A stretch of DNA of 64,000 nucleotides, from contig NC_042997.1 of NCBI RefSeq assembly GCF_006345805.1, positions 146,382,001 to 146,446,000 of the forward strand. The letters are read 5' to 3'. Below are positions 12,386 to 25,178 of the stretch, piece after piece; positions within the stretch are counted from its first letter, which is position 1; each line of letters starts with the position of its first letter. The position numbers were made by a program, and so were the translations under genes. The notes under the pieces are model-generated. The model searched no databases and had not been told where the DNA came from. It saw only the letters and a program-made list of their open reading frames with translations. Source of the DNA: Octopus sinensis. Its lineage: Eukaryota.

Positions 12386-12634
12386 GTGGAGGCGCGTTGC
12401 TTAGTGACTAGGGTGTTGAACTCATGATCGTATGGTTGGGGTTTCGATTCCTGAACCGGGCGATGCGTTGTGTTCTTGAGCAAAACACTTCATTTCACGT
12501 TGCTCCAGTCCACTCAGCTGGCAAAAATGAGTAATCCTGCGACGGACCGGCGTCCCGTCCAGGTGGGGAATTTCTACGCTCCTGAAACCGGGAAACCGGC
12601 CTTTGTGAGCCTGGCAACGCTCGAGAAGGAATAT
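12386..12634 (+). mobile_element. SINE family B (tRNA head, CORE-like centre, tail i), with 13-bp TSD
   Basis: A/B-box head GGCGCGTTGCTTAGTGACTAG...GTTTCGATTCC; TSD TTATCCTTTTCAT at 12373-12385 and 12635-12647. Confidence 0.9.
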
Positions 12635-12789
12635 TTATCCTTTTCATATATAAACAAAAGGCAAGCATTGTTACTCTATTTCTATTTTTTTACCCTGTTA
12701 TTTTGTTATCAAGTTTGCTTCCAAAACACGGGGTTCGACTTTCGATCCTATTGTACCAATCTTGGGTATTTTCTTTTTATTACACAGCT

Positions 12790-13000
12790 ATTAGCCGGAA
12801 GAATTTATACAACACCGGGCGAAATGCTTAGTGACATATATTCTAGCACTATAAGTTCTGTGTTCAGATTCAACCGAGACCGACCTTTCTTTCCATCATT
12901 TTGGGTTCAATAAAATAAGTACCAGTGGATCACTGGGGGCGATGTAATCTACTTAGCACCTCTCCTGAAATTACTGGCCTAGTACCAAAATTTTAAACCA
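12790..13000 (+). mobile_element. SINE family C, diverged
   Basis: CCGGGCGAAATGCTTAG...AAATAAGTACCAG...GGCCTAGTACCAAAATTT. Confidence 0.75.
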
Positions 13001-13010
13001 TATTTTGTGT

Positions 13011-13325
13011 AGGCGCGTGGCTTAGTGGTTAGAGCATTCGGCTCACAATCGTAAGGTCATAAGTTCGACTCTCGGCGGCGCGGTCTGTCTTTGAGAAATA
13101 CACACACTGCGCGCTGCACCAGTCTACTCAGCTGGCAAAGATGAGTAGTTTCTACAATTCAAAGGACCAATCTTGTCCCATTCAGTATCACACTGAATCC
13201 CCCTGAGAACTACGTTAAGGGTACGTGTGTCTGTGGAGTACTCAGCCACTTGCACTTTAATTTTACGAGTAAACTGTTGCGTTGATTGGATCTACTGGAA
13301 CCCTTATATTCATAACCGAAGGAAT
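13011..13325 (+). mobile_element. SINE family B (tail ii)
   Basis: GGCGCGTGGCTTAGTGGTTAGAGCATTCGGCTCAC...GTTCGACTCTC head; tail (CTGAATCCCCCTGAGAACTACGTTAAGGG...) shared with 42690-43005. Confidence 0.85.
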
Positions 13326-13677
13326 ACCGGTTTGTTAACATGTTTGCTTCGCAACCACATGATTCCAGTTTCGATCCCATTCATATCAACACAAGGAAGT
13401 CACTTTTTAATATAGACATCTTTACGCAGAGTTCAAATCACTTCGGAGTCAATATTGTCTTTCAGCCCTCCAGGGTTTCCTAAGGAAAAAGATTGAATGA
13501 TAACTTATCAGAGAAGATGACGTTATTCCGTTGAGCCACTGACCACTTCTAATTACCTACACACTATTTTTTCCGCCTATCCATGTCGATGGGGGACAGG
13601 AGAGGTTTAGCAACTGTAGCTTTCGCATGACATCCTGCTTTATGGGGCTCACGACGAATGCATTACGTTGGCTCAGG

Positions 13678-13923
13678 GTTCCTTCTCGAGCCATGCCAGG
13701 CTCATAAAGTCCGGTTTCCCAGTTTCAGTGGCGTAGAAATTCCCCACCTGATAGGACGCCGGTCCGTCGCAGGATTACTCATTTTGGCCAGCTGAATGGA
13801 CTGGAGCAAATTGAAATGAAATGTTTTGCTCAAGAACACAACGTATCGCCCACTTCAGGAATCGAAATCACAACCTTACGATCATGAATTCAACACCCTA
13901 ACCAGTAAACCACGCGCCTCCAC
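13678..13923 (-). mobile_element. SINE family B (tail i), with 13-bp TSD
   Basis: Reverse complement of the 12386 element; TSD ACGTTGGCTCAGG at 13665-13677 and 13924-13936. Confidence 0.9.
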
Positions 13924-14185
13924 ACGTTGGCTCAGGATTGGCAAAGTGTTGCTTTAGTTCTATTGTCACTTTCGCTGCCGTAGTTCGATGTTTTTTTGAT
14001 ACGTTTCACTATTCTGCGGTTGTTCTGTGAGCTTTGTCTTCCATCCCGATACACGCAGATTTATGCTTGTGTGCATGTCTGCATGTGTATACATATATTA
14101 CTATCTCTATAAGACTATAGACTATTAATGTTCCACAAGATTCATTAAGTACTCACATATTTAGGCCTCTGCCCATTGACTATCT

Positions 14186-14345
14186 ATTACTTGTTTCAGT
14201 CATTAGACTGTGACCATGCTCGGGCACCGTCTTGAAGAACTTATACTCGAACGAATCGAACCCAGTATTTATATTTTAAACCGGGTACTTATTCAATCAA
14301 TAACTTTTGCCGAACCGCTATGTCATCAGGACATAAACACACCAA
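14186..14345 (-). mobile_element. SINE family A, 3' part
   Basis: TTACTTGTTTCAGTCATTAGACTGTGACCATGCT...TTTTGCCGAACCGCTA. Confidence 0.8.
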
Positions 14346-14939
14346 GACACACACACATCGGGATGTAATATCTATTCCAACTTGACGGTGAATGTTCTAT
14401 TAGAACAAACTTTATTGCGGTAGTTGCCATTGGATTTTCGTGCAAAATGCATTCTTGTTTATACCGATAGAAGGGAAATTTATATCCGCTGCCTCCAGCG
14501 CCGAGATCACCAGATTAAGGAATACCGATCTCTTTTGGTCTTGTCAATGATGGACACTCGACAGCTACAACCGCTAGAGACAGCAGCGATTCACTCCCCT
14601 GCCTGCGATACATAGACTGACAATGCCAGAACAGGTACAAGTGTCGCGATTAACCAGTTAGCTTGATAAAGAATATATATTAACGACACCAGTTGCGAAT
14701 ATATATTCATAAACAACACGCTAATAAAATTCTGGTATTTCCTAAAACTTTTAGCGCTCACAATTTTTGATCATTCATATCTACGTTCGCCCACCTTTGT
14801 ATGTATATTAATTATACTGTTTGTAGTCAAACAGTTTTTTTTTCATGGCAACTACGCTCCATAAATTATTTTTTTTGTCATTTGAGCACGAACACACATC
14901 AGTTATTCGTTTGAAAAATTTCCATTGGAAATAGGTTCT

Positions 14940-15200
14940 TCAATAAATATTTTCGACTCAAAAAATTAAGTCAGAGAAGGAAACAGCACTTTTTTAAAGA
15001 AAAGGGAGTTCTTCGTAATGAGAAGGGTGTCAAAACATCATAGTAGGACAATGAAGATACACCGTGGCCGCGTATACTGGAATTGTAGTAGAAGAGAATG
15101 TTAAAAGTTTTTATCCGTTAGAAGAGGCACGTGGTTCGAAAGGGGAACCGTTCCATTTAGATGTTTAATTTTCTTTATCTTCTGCTAAATCAAGACTTGA
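14940..15200 (-). mobile_element. Possible decayed BEL/Pao LTR-retrotransposon pol fragment
   Basis: Broken translation KLLTFSSTTIPVYAATVYLHC...TLLITKNSL resembles the BEL/Pao RNase H region (F.DAS..AYAAVVYLR...LL.AKS); very degenerate. Confidence 0.3.
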
Positions 15201-15299
15201 CAACGACTAGGTTTTGTAAAGATGAACTAGGAATTATAAAAGTTATTTACAGAAGATTTACTCAAACACACAGGTGAACACACCACACAAACATACACA

Positions 15300-15412
<113 letters not shown>

Positions 15413-15427
15413 CACACATATATATGT

Positions 15428-15772
15428 GGAGTGGGGCTGTGTGGTAAGACGCTTGCTTCCCAACCACATGGTTCCGACTTCAGACGCACTGCGTGGCACC
15501 TTGCCGAATGTTTTCTACTATAGCCTCGGGCTATAGTAAAGCCTTATGAGTGAATTTGGTAGACGGAATCTGAAAGAAGCCCGTTGTGTATATATATATA
15601 TATACATACATACACACACACACATATATATATATATGTAAGTATTTGTGTATCTCTGTTTGTTCCCCCCACCATAGCCTGACAACTGATATTGGCGTGT
15701 TTACATCCCTGTAACTTTGTGGTACTCCAGCATGGCCGCAATCAAATGACTGAAGCAAGTAAAAGAATAAAA
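15428..15772 (+). mobile_element. SINE family A with internal deletion
   Basis: Head GGCTGTGTGGTAAG...; internal microsatellite; tail CTCCAGCATGGCCGCAATCAAATGACTGAAGCAAGTAAAAG. Confidence 0.85.
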
Positions 15773-16346
15773 GACAAAAGAATATATATATATATATATA
15801 TATGCACATACACACACATACATATATCGTATGTAAATATTATATATATGCGTGCATGCATATATAAGTATATGTATATGTATACACACACACGCATCTT
15901 AATATATGCATTTAAAGATTATATATATATTTCATGTACTGTACTTATTTAAAAGTAACAATGCATGTACTAAAAGCTACAAATAGTTTCATATTCAATT
16001 CCTTTAGTTCTTTATGATATGGGGTTTGCGCTTGAAGAATATGTTTGAGTTTTCTCAACATATGAACCGATTAGAAGCGCTTTAATATGTACATGTATAG
16101 TGACATTTGAATAAATAGTATGGGTATGGTTGTATGTAAATATATATGTATGTATATATGTGTGTGTTTATATGTGTGTATATATATATATATGTATTCC
16201 TCATGTACATACTTTTTCATTACTACATAACTACAATAATCTTAAGATACATTGTTATTTTTAATTGCCCTATTACCTCTCTTTTAATGACTTTCTTCTA
16301 CCTCTGTTTATACTTTATCTAATAAGAATAATATGATATAATACAC

Positions 16347-16387
<41 letters not shown>

Positions 16388-16544
16388 TGATTCCTTTGTA
16401 TGCATATATATACATATGCATATACATTTTAATAGATGTATATGTGTTTATGTATATTTATGTATATGTGTGTATATGTAAAAGTATGTATATATATATA
16501 TGTATGTATTTATATTTATAACTTAACCTTATGAACTTTCTAAA

Positions 16545-16663
16545 CTCTCTGACGAAACCCAGAGACACACCCAAATATCTTAATCTTATCTTCCAAATAC
16601 TTCACAGGAGGGATAAAAATAGAATGGAGTACTATGGCCTCTTGGCTGAAACAGCTATAAGAT
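16545..16663 (+). ncRNA. Degenerate hammerhead-like core with long stem-II insert, in AT-rich Penelope-like remnant
   Basis: CTGACGA (16549-16555), CCCAGAG...CTCTTGG stem, GAAACAGCTATA (16648-); same architecture as 24100-24214. Confidence 0.4.
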
Positions 16664-16971
16664 ATTATTCTACTTTCTATGCTCTACGCTATATTTTTTA
16701 ATAATTACTGGTATTTTTATATCTTATATTTTATATATTTTATATTATATATGTAAAGCATAATATGTTATACATGTATGTATATTGTTATATTTGTCTT
16801 TTTAAAATAATGAATAAATAGACATAATATGATGTCTAAAAGTTGATGAATACTACCTCTTGATCCCCTCCATTTTCTTATTGCTATATATACTTACATA
16901 CATACGTATATATGTATATGTGCATGTATATGCATATAAACACACACACACAAACACGCACACACACACAC

Positions 16972-17044
<73 letters not shown>

Positions 17045-17290
17045 GAGATATGAAGCGGAGCAATGCAACATTTCAGCAGCTGTCAGCACGAAATTTGCTC
17101 AATCCATTTGGCTTTCTCGCTCGATGCGGAGCGCTAGATTTGTATTGTACAACATTTATGATACGCATCTCCCGCTAGGCGTGGTAAATCTATTGATAGG
17201 CGTGGTGAATCTAGTTACACACACAAGCAAAATACGCGCGCGCATTATGATTATGTATATATATATATATGTATGTATATATAATATATG

Positions 17291-17360
<70 letters not shown>

Positions 17361-17574
17361 ATATACACACACACATATCTCTGTTTACATGCGATGTGTG
17401 GTGTGTGAGTGTTAGTGTTTGAGTTTAAGTTTGAACGCCGAGCTACTTCATATGAAGAGGTCTACCAAACGGCAAACAAGTGTTCTGTCAATAAAAGAAG
17501 CTTCATAAAGCGTACGAAAGGACATCGACTCGCACGAAGCATACAATATACATACATACATACTACAATACATA

Positions 17575-17676
<102 letters not shown>

Positions 17677-17877
17677 ATATATATACATATACATATATAT
17701 ATATACATATATATATGTATATGTGTGTGTGTGTATGTATGTATATAGATAGATAGATTAGCTGATATACATATATGTGTATATAAACATATATTGATAT
17801 ATAGATATGTATATGTAAATATATATACATATATGTGTGCGTGCGTGGCTATTCATATATGCATATGCGTATTTATA

Positions 17878-17938
<61 letters not shown>

Positions 17939-18729
17939 CATTTATATTATTATTTAATGGAACGCCACGCATCTGTTTCCAAGTAAGTATATATATTTAT
18001 ACACAGAATATAAATCGTCATCGATTTGAACAAATTTAAAAAGTTTAAAATTGTTTTCTGGAGTACCCCACCCCAATCAAGGAGGACCTGCTCTCTGCTC
18101 CACGAGAAATACTAATTTAAAAGAGTCCTTCTTTTACTTAATTTGAGGGAGATTTGGCTGCTGTGTCTTCCACCGTTTTAAGTTGGCGTTTACATAATAT
18201 GAAGAAAATGTGGCTGCTCTTTCTAGCAGCGCCGAGCGAAATCTCAATAGCTCCCTGAATGATTTGGTAGACATTCCCCCATTCTGTTGATAGAAGCTCC
18301 CTCGTTTGCTTTAGAAAGTAACGATTATATGTTTAAGTAGGCGAGCGAAAGTGGTTTGAGCAAGAGGAAATAAATCAAGAGGAAGGAAGTATGAAACGGC
18401 TATGGAGTTTCGACAACAATCAGTTATCAATAATAAAAGAAGACTGCTCAAGGCATTGAAATAAACTCTTGCTACATTAGACTATCAATTGGTTATTTGT
18501 AGTACTTGACAATTATTGTAGCGAATTTATTGACCATTCAAGTTTCCGTGCAATAAATACGTAATTAACGATGAAACGCAAAATAATCATCAATTTGTTA
18601 CAAAAATAGCGTCAGAATTTGAAACGATTTCACACTGCTGAGTAAAGAGTGATGAAAGGAGAAATGAAAAAAAGAAAGTGGAGAAGAGAAAGAAAGGATA
18701 CGTCCTTATGGAGGATACAGAATAGTCTA

Positions 18730-18865
18730 TGTGGCTGTGTGGTAATAAGTTTACTTCTCAACGATGTGTTTCCGCGTTGTTCAGACCCATTGTGTAGCAT
18801 CTTGGATAGGTGTCTTTTACTATAGCTTCAGGCTGACCAAAGCCTCGTGAGTGGATTTGGTAGTC
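18730..18865 (+). mobile_element. SINE family A, 5' part
   Basis: GTGGCTGTGTGGTAA...GACCAAAGCCTCGTGAGTGGATTTGGTAG. Confidence 0.75.
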
Positions 18866-18913
<48 letters not shown>

Positions 18914-18915
<2 letters not shown>

Positions 18916-19270
18916 TAATGTTTATCGCCACTGACGTTACTACCATTTTAGCCCAGGTAGACACCTCCTCCAACTGGTTAACTGGTTATTCGATGCAATC
19001 TGCACCCGATATATATTGCAAGCAGGGGAGCGAAGAAATGTTAGTAACGTCAGTTCCTGCGGGACAGCCATGTTGGAGTGGCGATAAGCATTACTTCTCT
19101 GTGTAGTTACTACTGTCCTACATAGATTGTCTAACCTGCTAATTTGTTTGTCGCAAGATCAGTGACCGGTTGGCCTGTTTTTTATCTATGTTGGAGCTGG
19201 AACGAACTACTGCTATCTCTAGCAGGTATTGAGTGGCGATAAACATTACTATTCAGTATAGTTACTAATT
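18914..19270. mobile_element. MITE-like element with 19-bp inverted repeat and duplicated right end
   Basis: AGTAATGTTTATCGCCACT (18914-18932) is the exact reverse complement of 19232-19250; a second near-identical right end lies at ~19078-19115. Confidence 0.55.
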
Positions 19271-19582
19271 TCATCTCATAGATGAACATAGCAAGGGGAA
19301 ACAATGTAATTATTTTGGTCTCTAGTACTGATATATATTGTGCTAAAGAAAATGGTTTATCCTTTATATTGGAAATCTATATGGTCGTCTGCGTCTGAGG
19401 AGAGCGGTTTTTCAAATTGACATAATGTTTTCATTAATTGATTAAATGGAGCCGCTTGAAACAGCCGTAATGCTTTGATACCTGGACATTCTTGTTACTT
19501 ATTTGCTTTGGACACACTAATTTTGTTTTACATATATTGTCCCATCCAGTATAATTTTTTTTTATTATTTGCATGGACTAAG

Positions 19583-19800
19583 ATGGTAAGCTGGCAGAAT
19601 CACTAGCACGCTTTTCAACATGTTTAGCGGCATTTCGTCCCTCTTTACGTTCTGAATTCAAATTCCACCGAAGTCGACTTCGCCTTTCATCCTTTCGATG
19701 TCAATAAAATAAGTACCAGTCGAGGACTAGGGTCGATGTAATCGACTTAACTCTTCCCAACAAAATTGCTGGCCTTGTGCCAAAATTTGTACCCGATATT
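19583..19800 (+). mobile_element. SINE family C
   Basis: Full-length match to family C (AGCTGGCAGAATC...GCCTTTCATCCTTTCG...AAGTACCAG...GGCCTTGTGCCAAAATTTG). Confidence 0.9.
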
Positions 19801-19871
19801 TGCGTGGACTGACGATCCTTCTGTTAAATCTTTACGGACATTACTAAAGAAAACGAGAACTTATATAATAT

Positions 19872-20078
19872 TAGTTTCAGATTTTGGCTTAAGGCCAGCA
19901 ATTCCAGTGAAGCGGAAAAGTCGACCTCGCTGAACAACTGATATTTATTTCATCGAGCTCTGAAAGGATGAAAGGTAAAATTCAACTTGGCAGAACTTGA
20001 ACTCAGAACGTAAAGACAGATGAAATGGCGCTAAGCATGTTGTCCGGTGTGTTATTGATTCTACCACCTCACTGCCTC
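19872..20078 (-). mobile_element. SINE family C, inverted relative to 19583 copy
   Basis: Reverse complement of family C; tail-to-tail with the previous copy. Confidence 0.8.
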
Positions 20079-20160
20079 AAAGAACTTATGCAATATTATA
20101 CAATGCATATATAATATTGGATCTCAGCACTCAGCACATTATCCCGTTTCTGCTCACTCT

Positions 20161-20361
20161 CTCTTTTACTTGTTTCAGTCATTTGACTGCGGCCATGCTG
20201 GAGCACCGCCTTTAGTCGAGCAAATCGACCCCGGGACTTATTCTTTGTAAGCCCAGTACTTATTCTATCGGTCTCTTATGCCGAACCGCTAAGTGACAGG
20301 GACGTAAACACACCGGCATTGGTTGTCAAGCAATGCTAGGGGGACAAACACAGACACACAA

Positions 20362-20392
<31 letters not shown>

Positions 20393-20561
20393 CATATATA
20401 CGACAGGCTTCTTTCAGTTTCCGTCTACCAAATCCACTCACAAGGCATTGGTCGGCCCGGGGCTATAGCAGAAGACACTTGCCCAAGATGCCACGCAGTG
20501 GGACTGAACCCGGAACCATGTGGTTGGTTAGCAAGCTACTTACCACAGCCATTCTTGCGCC
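20161..20561 (-). mobile_element. SINE family A, full length, young
   Basis: Near-identical reverse complement of 34751-35136. Confidence 0.95.
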
Positions 20562-21311
20562 TAACTCTTAACATAAAATCCTCCGTGTGCACATTCCAGT
20601 CACGACGAATTTTTCGACAATGTGTTCAAAATAGTATTATACCTGGCTAAAATAGTTCACATTTGCCACTCCTGTTGTGCACTCACAACGCTCCTAAGGG
20701 GACATTACTGACCAAGGGTTAAATATCATAGACGTAAACATTGAAATGAATCTAAACATTGCAAGTCACATTGCTGCTATGATGAACCTCGCGAAGAAAC
20801 ATTAAGATAGATGGGTAAACTATAATATCAATGATCAACAACAGAAGCAACCAATATATGAATAGACACCAATAATGATCGAGGACTTGTACTATGTTTT
20901 CAGTTATGGGATGTATTTATTGAAATAGAAATAATGCTACTCATAATTGTCGATTAGTTCCAAATGAAGGTAAAAGAGGTATTTTGAAACAGTCCGTATA
21001 TGTTTAAGTAAAGGCCTGGAAGGAAGAAATAAACAAGAGATTTCCTGTCTCGCTGCCTTTTGTGTTCAAATATTTATAATTATGTTTATGATCATGAAAT
21101 TATTTACACCTTTAAAGGTCCCATACCTAAATATGAATGTCTTAGAAGGAGGTTGGCTCTGTAATATTTAGCAGTCGTGCACACGGACATCGCCAGCTTG
21201 CATCATGTCTTGCTGTTTTTGTGGGAGGGAAGTATTGCTGGAAGCTGCTAAAATCAGAGGGATGAAGAGAAATGAATACAGAAGTTTAAAGAAGATAGAA
21301 AAGAGGAAGAT

Positions 21312-21398
<87 letters not shown>

Positions 21399-22093
21399 AA
21401 AACTACATTGAGGAAACTTTGAGAAAAAAATATTGCGTATTTTGTTTGATTTGTACAGCGAGCACTTCCCGCTGACAGTGTTCAACTTGTGCTGAGTTCG
21501 ACCCTAATAGACTTCAGTAGAATATTCTATTCTCTTTCGTCTTTTAATCTTACCGCCTCTATTAAACCTTTTTCTTCTTCCCTTTCTTATTTTGTCTAAG
21601 AAGAGTAAATGAGGAGAAAGCAACGAGCAAAGTTGAGGGTGGGCGGTGAAGCATAGGGTGTGAATAAAAGCCGTACAGAGAGGGATATTTTGAAGTGGAA
21701 ACCTGTGTCATAAAAGAAAGCTTTTAGTTGCATATATGCGAAACAAAACACAACAAAAGAGTGCAGTGGAGGGGCAAGCAGTTAAAATGGGAGAATAAAC
21801 AACGAGTAAAGTAAGGTCAGGCGAAAGATGCAAAGAGGAAGGTAAGAAGGGGGAAAAGAAGGAAAGAAGGGTCATGTTTTCATTGACATTTTCTGTTGTA
21901 TTCAAAGTTTGATGGAAAATAGGTAGCTTGAGTCAAGAGCTTCTAGGGTACTTCAGAAAAGAAATTTAACCTCTAACAATTCTTTCTCCGTCTATATACA
22001 AGGAGGGATGGTATGTTATGTGTGTTTTGTGTCTGGGTGTATATGCATATACATGAACATATAAATATACATTGTTACCGACATACATACATG

Positions 22094-22256
22094 CATTCTC
22101 CCTCTAAGATTCTTTAGGTGAATATATACATCGACAGCTCAACCAGCACACCAGCTCAACTACACATTTACAAACACCGGGAAGTCTCTTAACTCGAAAA
22201 GTCTTATCGCTTTGTAAGCGACCGACTTGAACTAACAAGAACTTAAATAAAATTTA
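22094..22256 (+). mobile_element. RLE (R4/Dong-like) LINE 3' UTR fragment, subfamily 2, after CATA repeat
   Basis: Aligns by eye with 55590-55795 and the reverse complement of 31690-31870 (TCTAAGATTCT..GTGAATA...CTCTTAACTC.AAAAGTCTT...AGCGACCG.CTTGAACT). Confidence 0.7.
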
Positions 22257-22265
22257 TACACCTAC

Positions 22266-22505
22266 ATTATTATTATTATTATGATGCCTGCCCCCTCGTT
22301 ATCAAGTATGGCCATTGCACGAAGCTTAACTGTTACTGGTGCTGTGATCGAATGTGACTTTTTAGCCCAGCTAAAGATCTACAATGTCTTGTAGAGAATT
22401 GGCAAACTTTTACCAGTAATAGCCGGCTGTAGTTGTAACTGGACTTCATGTACCTTTGCATGTCGTTTAAGTCCTCCTGCCTAATTACACTCTCTTCCAC
22501 ATGCC
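22266..22505 (-). mobile_element. RTE-type LINE 3' end with (TAA)n tail
   Basis: VCQFSTRHCRSLAGLKSHIRSQHQ* followed by a short UTR and (TAA)n (plus-strand ATTATTATT at 22266-22282). Confidence 0.6.
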
Positions 22506-23630
22506 CGACATACATACATACATACATACATACATAAATACATACATACATACATACATACACACACATACATACATACATACATGCATACATACATGCA
22601 TGCATGCATACATACATACATACATACATGCATACATACACATACATACATACATACATACATACATACATACATACATACATACATACATACATACAAC
22701 GTTTGTCATGGGCAGTCAAATTTCGCTGTTACAATATATAGAATATCAGTATGACTGGCATGCGGTGACTGGACACTTCCCACTGATGATTTCCAGAAGA
22801 ATGAAAACAGATGATATGAGAATTACGATACCATGACAGAGGATTCTCATCTGTTCCATTTTGTGTGTGTGCTTTTATGCATCAAATACCTCTATGAGAG
22901 GGTTTCCCAATGTTAATAACGCATTATTTGGTGTTTACAAGACAGCCACATTAACTTGGATATATTGAGACTACCTTCCGCTGCTAATAACTGGAACACC
23001 CTCGTCGCACGTCATTTTCACTTGGCCGGCTATTCCATGTCCGACCTCACCGTCTTCGGCCTTGCCCTACACCATGGATCCACCAACTCTAGACTCCGCC
23101 TGGAACAGCGTTACGTTCTCACTCTACGTACTCAAACTCCTTTCGGACTCAACACAGCCCCCTCCTCTCAGTCACTTTCCCAACACTCCTTTCAGAAAAA
23201 AAAACATTTTATTCCAACTTATTTTATTTGTTTATTTTTTTATATTCTATTTTTTATTATTTTTTATTTAATTCTGTTAATTACTTTTTCTGTTACTGAT
23301 TTTTAAATATATATCTGTTACAGATTAATTCACATAATCGTTTTCATTTCTTTTTTATTATCACTAATTTTTTGTTATTTATTGTTTAATTTTTTATTTT
23401 TTATATTCATATGCCATGCATTACACATACACACCCGCACACAAAATACCCACATCCTTGGCTACACCCTTGCATATATATATGCATACATATACGAATA
23501 TATATTTACACATTATATACATACATATGTAGATATATAGATACACACACACACACACATATGTATATACAAATTTATATAGACAGCCGTATAGAATGTG
23601 TTACAAAAAAGGAAACCTATGTCACTAAAT

Positions 23631-23719
23631 ATGACTAGGGTGTTAGAACACTTACATTGCTAGGAATAAGAAGTAAGCCCTTATTTGTAGCAAGGTAGGT
23701 GTTCTAACATCCTACTCAT
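23631..23719 (+). other. Long near-perfect hairpin (35-bp stem, 9-nt loop)
   Basis: 23636-23670 pairs with 23680-23714 with 2 mismatches and 3 G-U pairs. Confidence 0.85.
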
Positions 23720-24099
23720 CTTGGACTTTGGTCAATCCCATTACGAGCAATAGGTGGTTGATCTTTACAACATATCAGTAAGTAAATAATTGTAATTAAA
23801 TGATGGGCATTTTATCAGGATAAACTATTAATTAGTACTATTAACATAATCTTAAGAACTATTATGATTACTTCAAAACGGCATGGCACTATCATTCTCT
23901 CTTTTTCCAGACTTATTGGCGTATTCCGTTATTGTAAATTTTAAATTTTACTTTTTTATTCTAAGTTTAGTCATTTACTCAACGTCCTGAAGAGTCGCAT
24001 ATGCAAAATGGTATGATTTAAATATATTAAACCTTTCATCTTTTTCTCGAAGCTCTTCCTCTTTTCCTTTCTTTTCTTTTCTTTTACGCATTTTCTTTC

Positions 24100-24214
24100 A
24101 CTCTAATGAAGATCCATGTTCCAGATCGGATGTGTTACCAAATATGATGAATATCATTTTCAGAACTTTCAATGGTGACACCGTGGAATATTGGAAGCAG
24201 AAACAGCTGTTAGA
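24100..24214 (+). ncRNA. Degenerate hammerhead-like core with long stem-II insert
   Basis: CTAATGA (CTGATGA with one change), stem TCCATGTTCCA/TGGAATATTGGA, GAAACAGCTGTT with palindromic stem III. Confidence 0.4.
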
Positions 24215-24296
24215 TGGGATACAGTCTGTTGGTATTAAATAGTAATAATTGATGTTAGTCAATTGTTGTTGATCAATATTTCTCTATTTTCTGTTT

Positions 24297-24375
<79 letters not shown>

Positions 24376-24661
24376 TATATATATATACATATACATACAT
24401 ACGTTGTCGGTAAACCCTAATTTGAGCACCATTTTCATCTACCGTGCTGCTCAGGTAGTAACACCACATGACCTCAGCATTAATTTGCTTGCTCCATCTA
24501 CGCCGTGTGTGGTGGTCCCTTTCTGGATATCGACAGGCTGGAGTCGGACCAGAATATCAGAGCCTGCCTGGTGGAACACTGTCACCATCATTGGCTTCAA
24601 TTTCATTACCACCGTTATTCACAACGGTTTGTTTTTTCAGTAGTTTGTTTTTTCAGTCACT

Positions 24662-24780
24662 AATTTTGGGGTTAGTAGCCCGCGCTCTTAACCACTACGC
24701 CATATGGCTGTGGGCAAATGGTGTAGTGGTTAAGAACGCCGGCTACTAACTCCAAGATTCCGAATTCGATTCCAGAGTGA

Positions 24781-24848
<68 letters not shown>

Positions 24849-24849
24849 T
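24662..24849. mobile_element. Head-to-head palindromic pair of tRNA-like (ACT anticodon, Ser-type) SINE heads plus (TAA)n tail
   Basis: 24662-24708 is the reverse complement of 24713-24759; right copy has A box TGGTGTAGTGG, loop CTACTAA, B-box-like GAATTCGATTCC, then (AAT)n 24785-24849. Pseudo-tRNA, not a functional gene call. Confidence 0.75.
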
Positions 24850-25033
24850 ACCATCGAAAAATAGTTGGTTAGCGGTTTGGTGAATAGATCATATACTTCA
24901 GGTCTATAAATAGATTCGGCAGATGGTGGGGCGGTCAGCCATTGAGAGGGAAGAATCTTGAAAAGAAGCAATGCAACCTGTTCTAATTGTAAATACTAGT
25001 AGAAAAAAACAATAATACACACACACACATATA

Positions 25034-25076
<43 letters not shown>

Positions 25077-25122
25077 AATATATATATGTATATGTATATA
25101 AATATATATATTATATATATAA

Positions 25123-25178
<56 letters not shown>

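Larger units (their letters stand above)
22940..24295 (+). mobile_element. Penelope-like element 3' region (GIY-YIG C-terminus, AT-rich tail, hammerhead-like core)
   Basis: LVARHFHLAGYSMSDLTVFGLALHHGSTNSRLRLEQRYVLTLRTQTPFGLN is the characteristic PLE endonuclease C-terminus (VA.HF...H...R...E...L.T..P.GLN); hammerhead-like core at 24100-24214; right boundary uncertain. Confidence 0.7.

Noticed and set aside
13011-13085. tRNA genes at SINE heads (also 12390, 24713, 42690, 55110)
   Set aside because: A/B boxes are present, but acceptor stems are poor and each continues into SINE body or tail.
20323-20650. Recurrent ORFs such as RQASFSFRLPNPLTRHWSARGYSRRHLPK (also 34520, 50812, 60200)
   Set aside because: Antisense translation of SINE family A, not a gene family.
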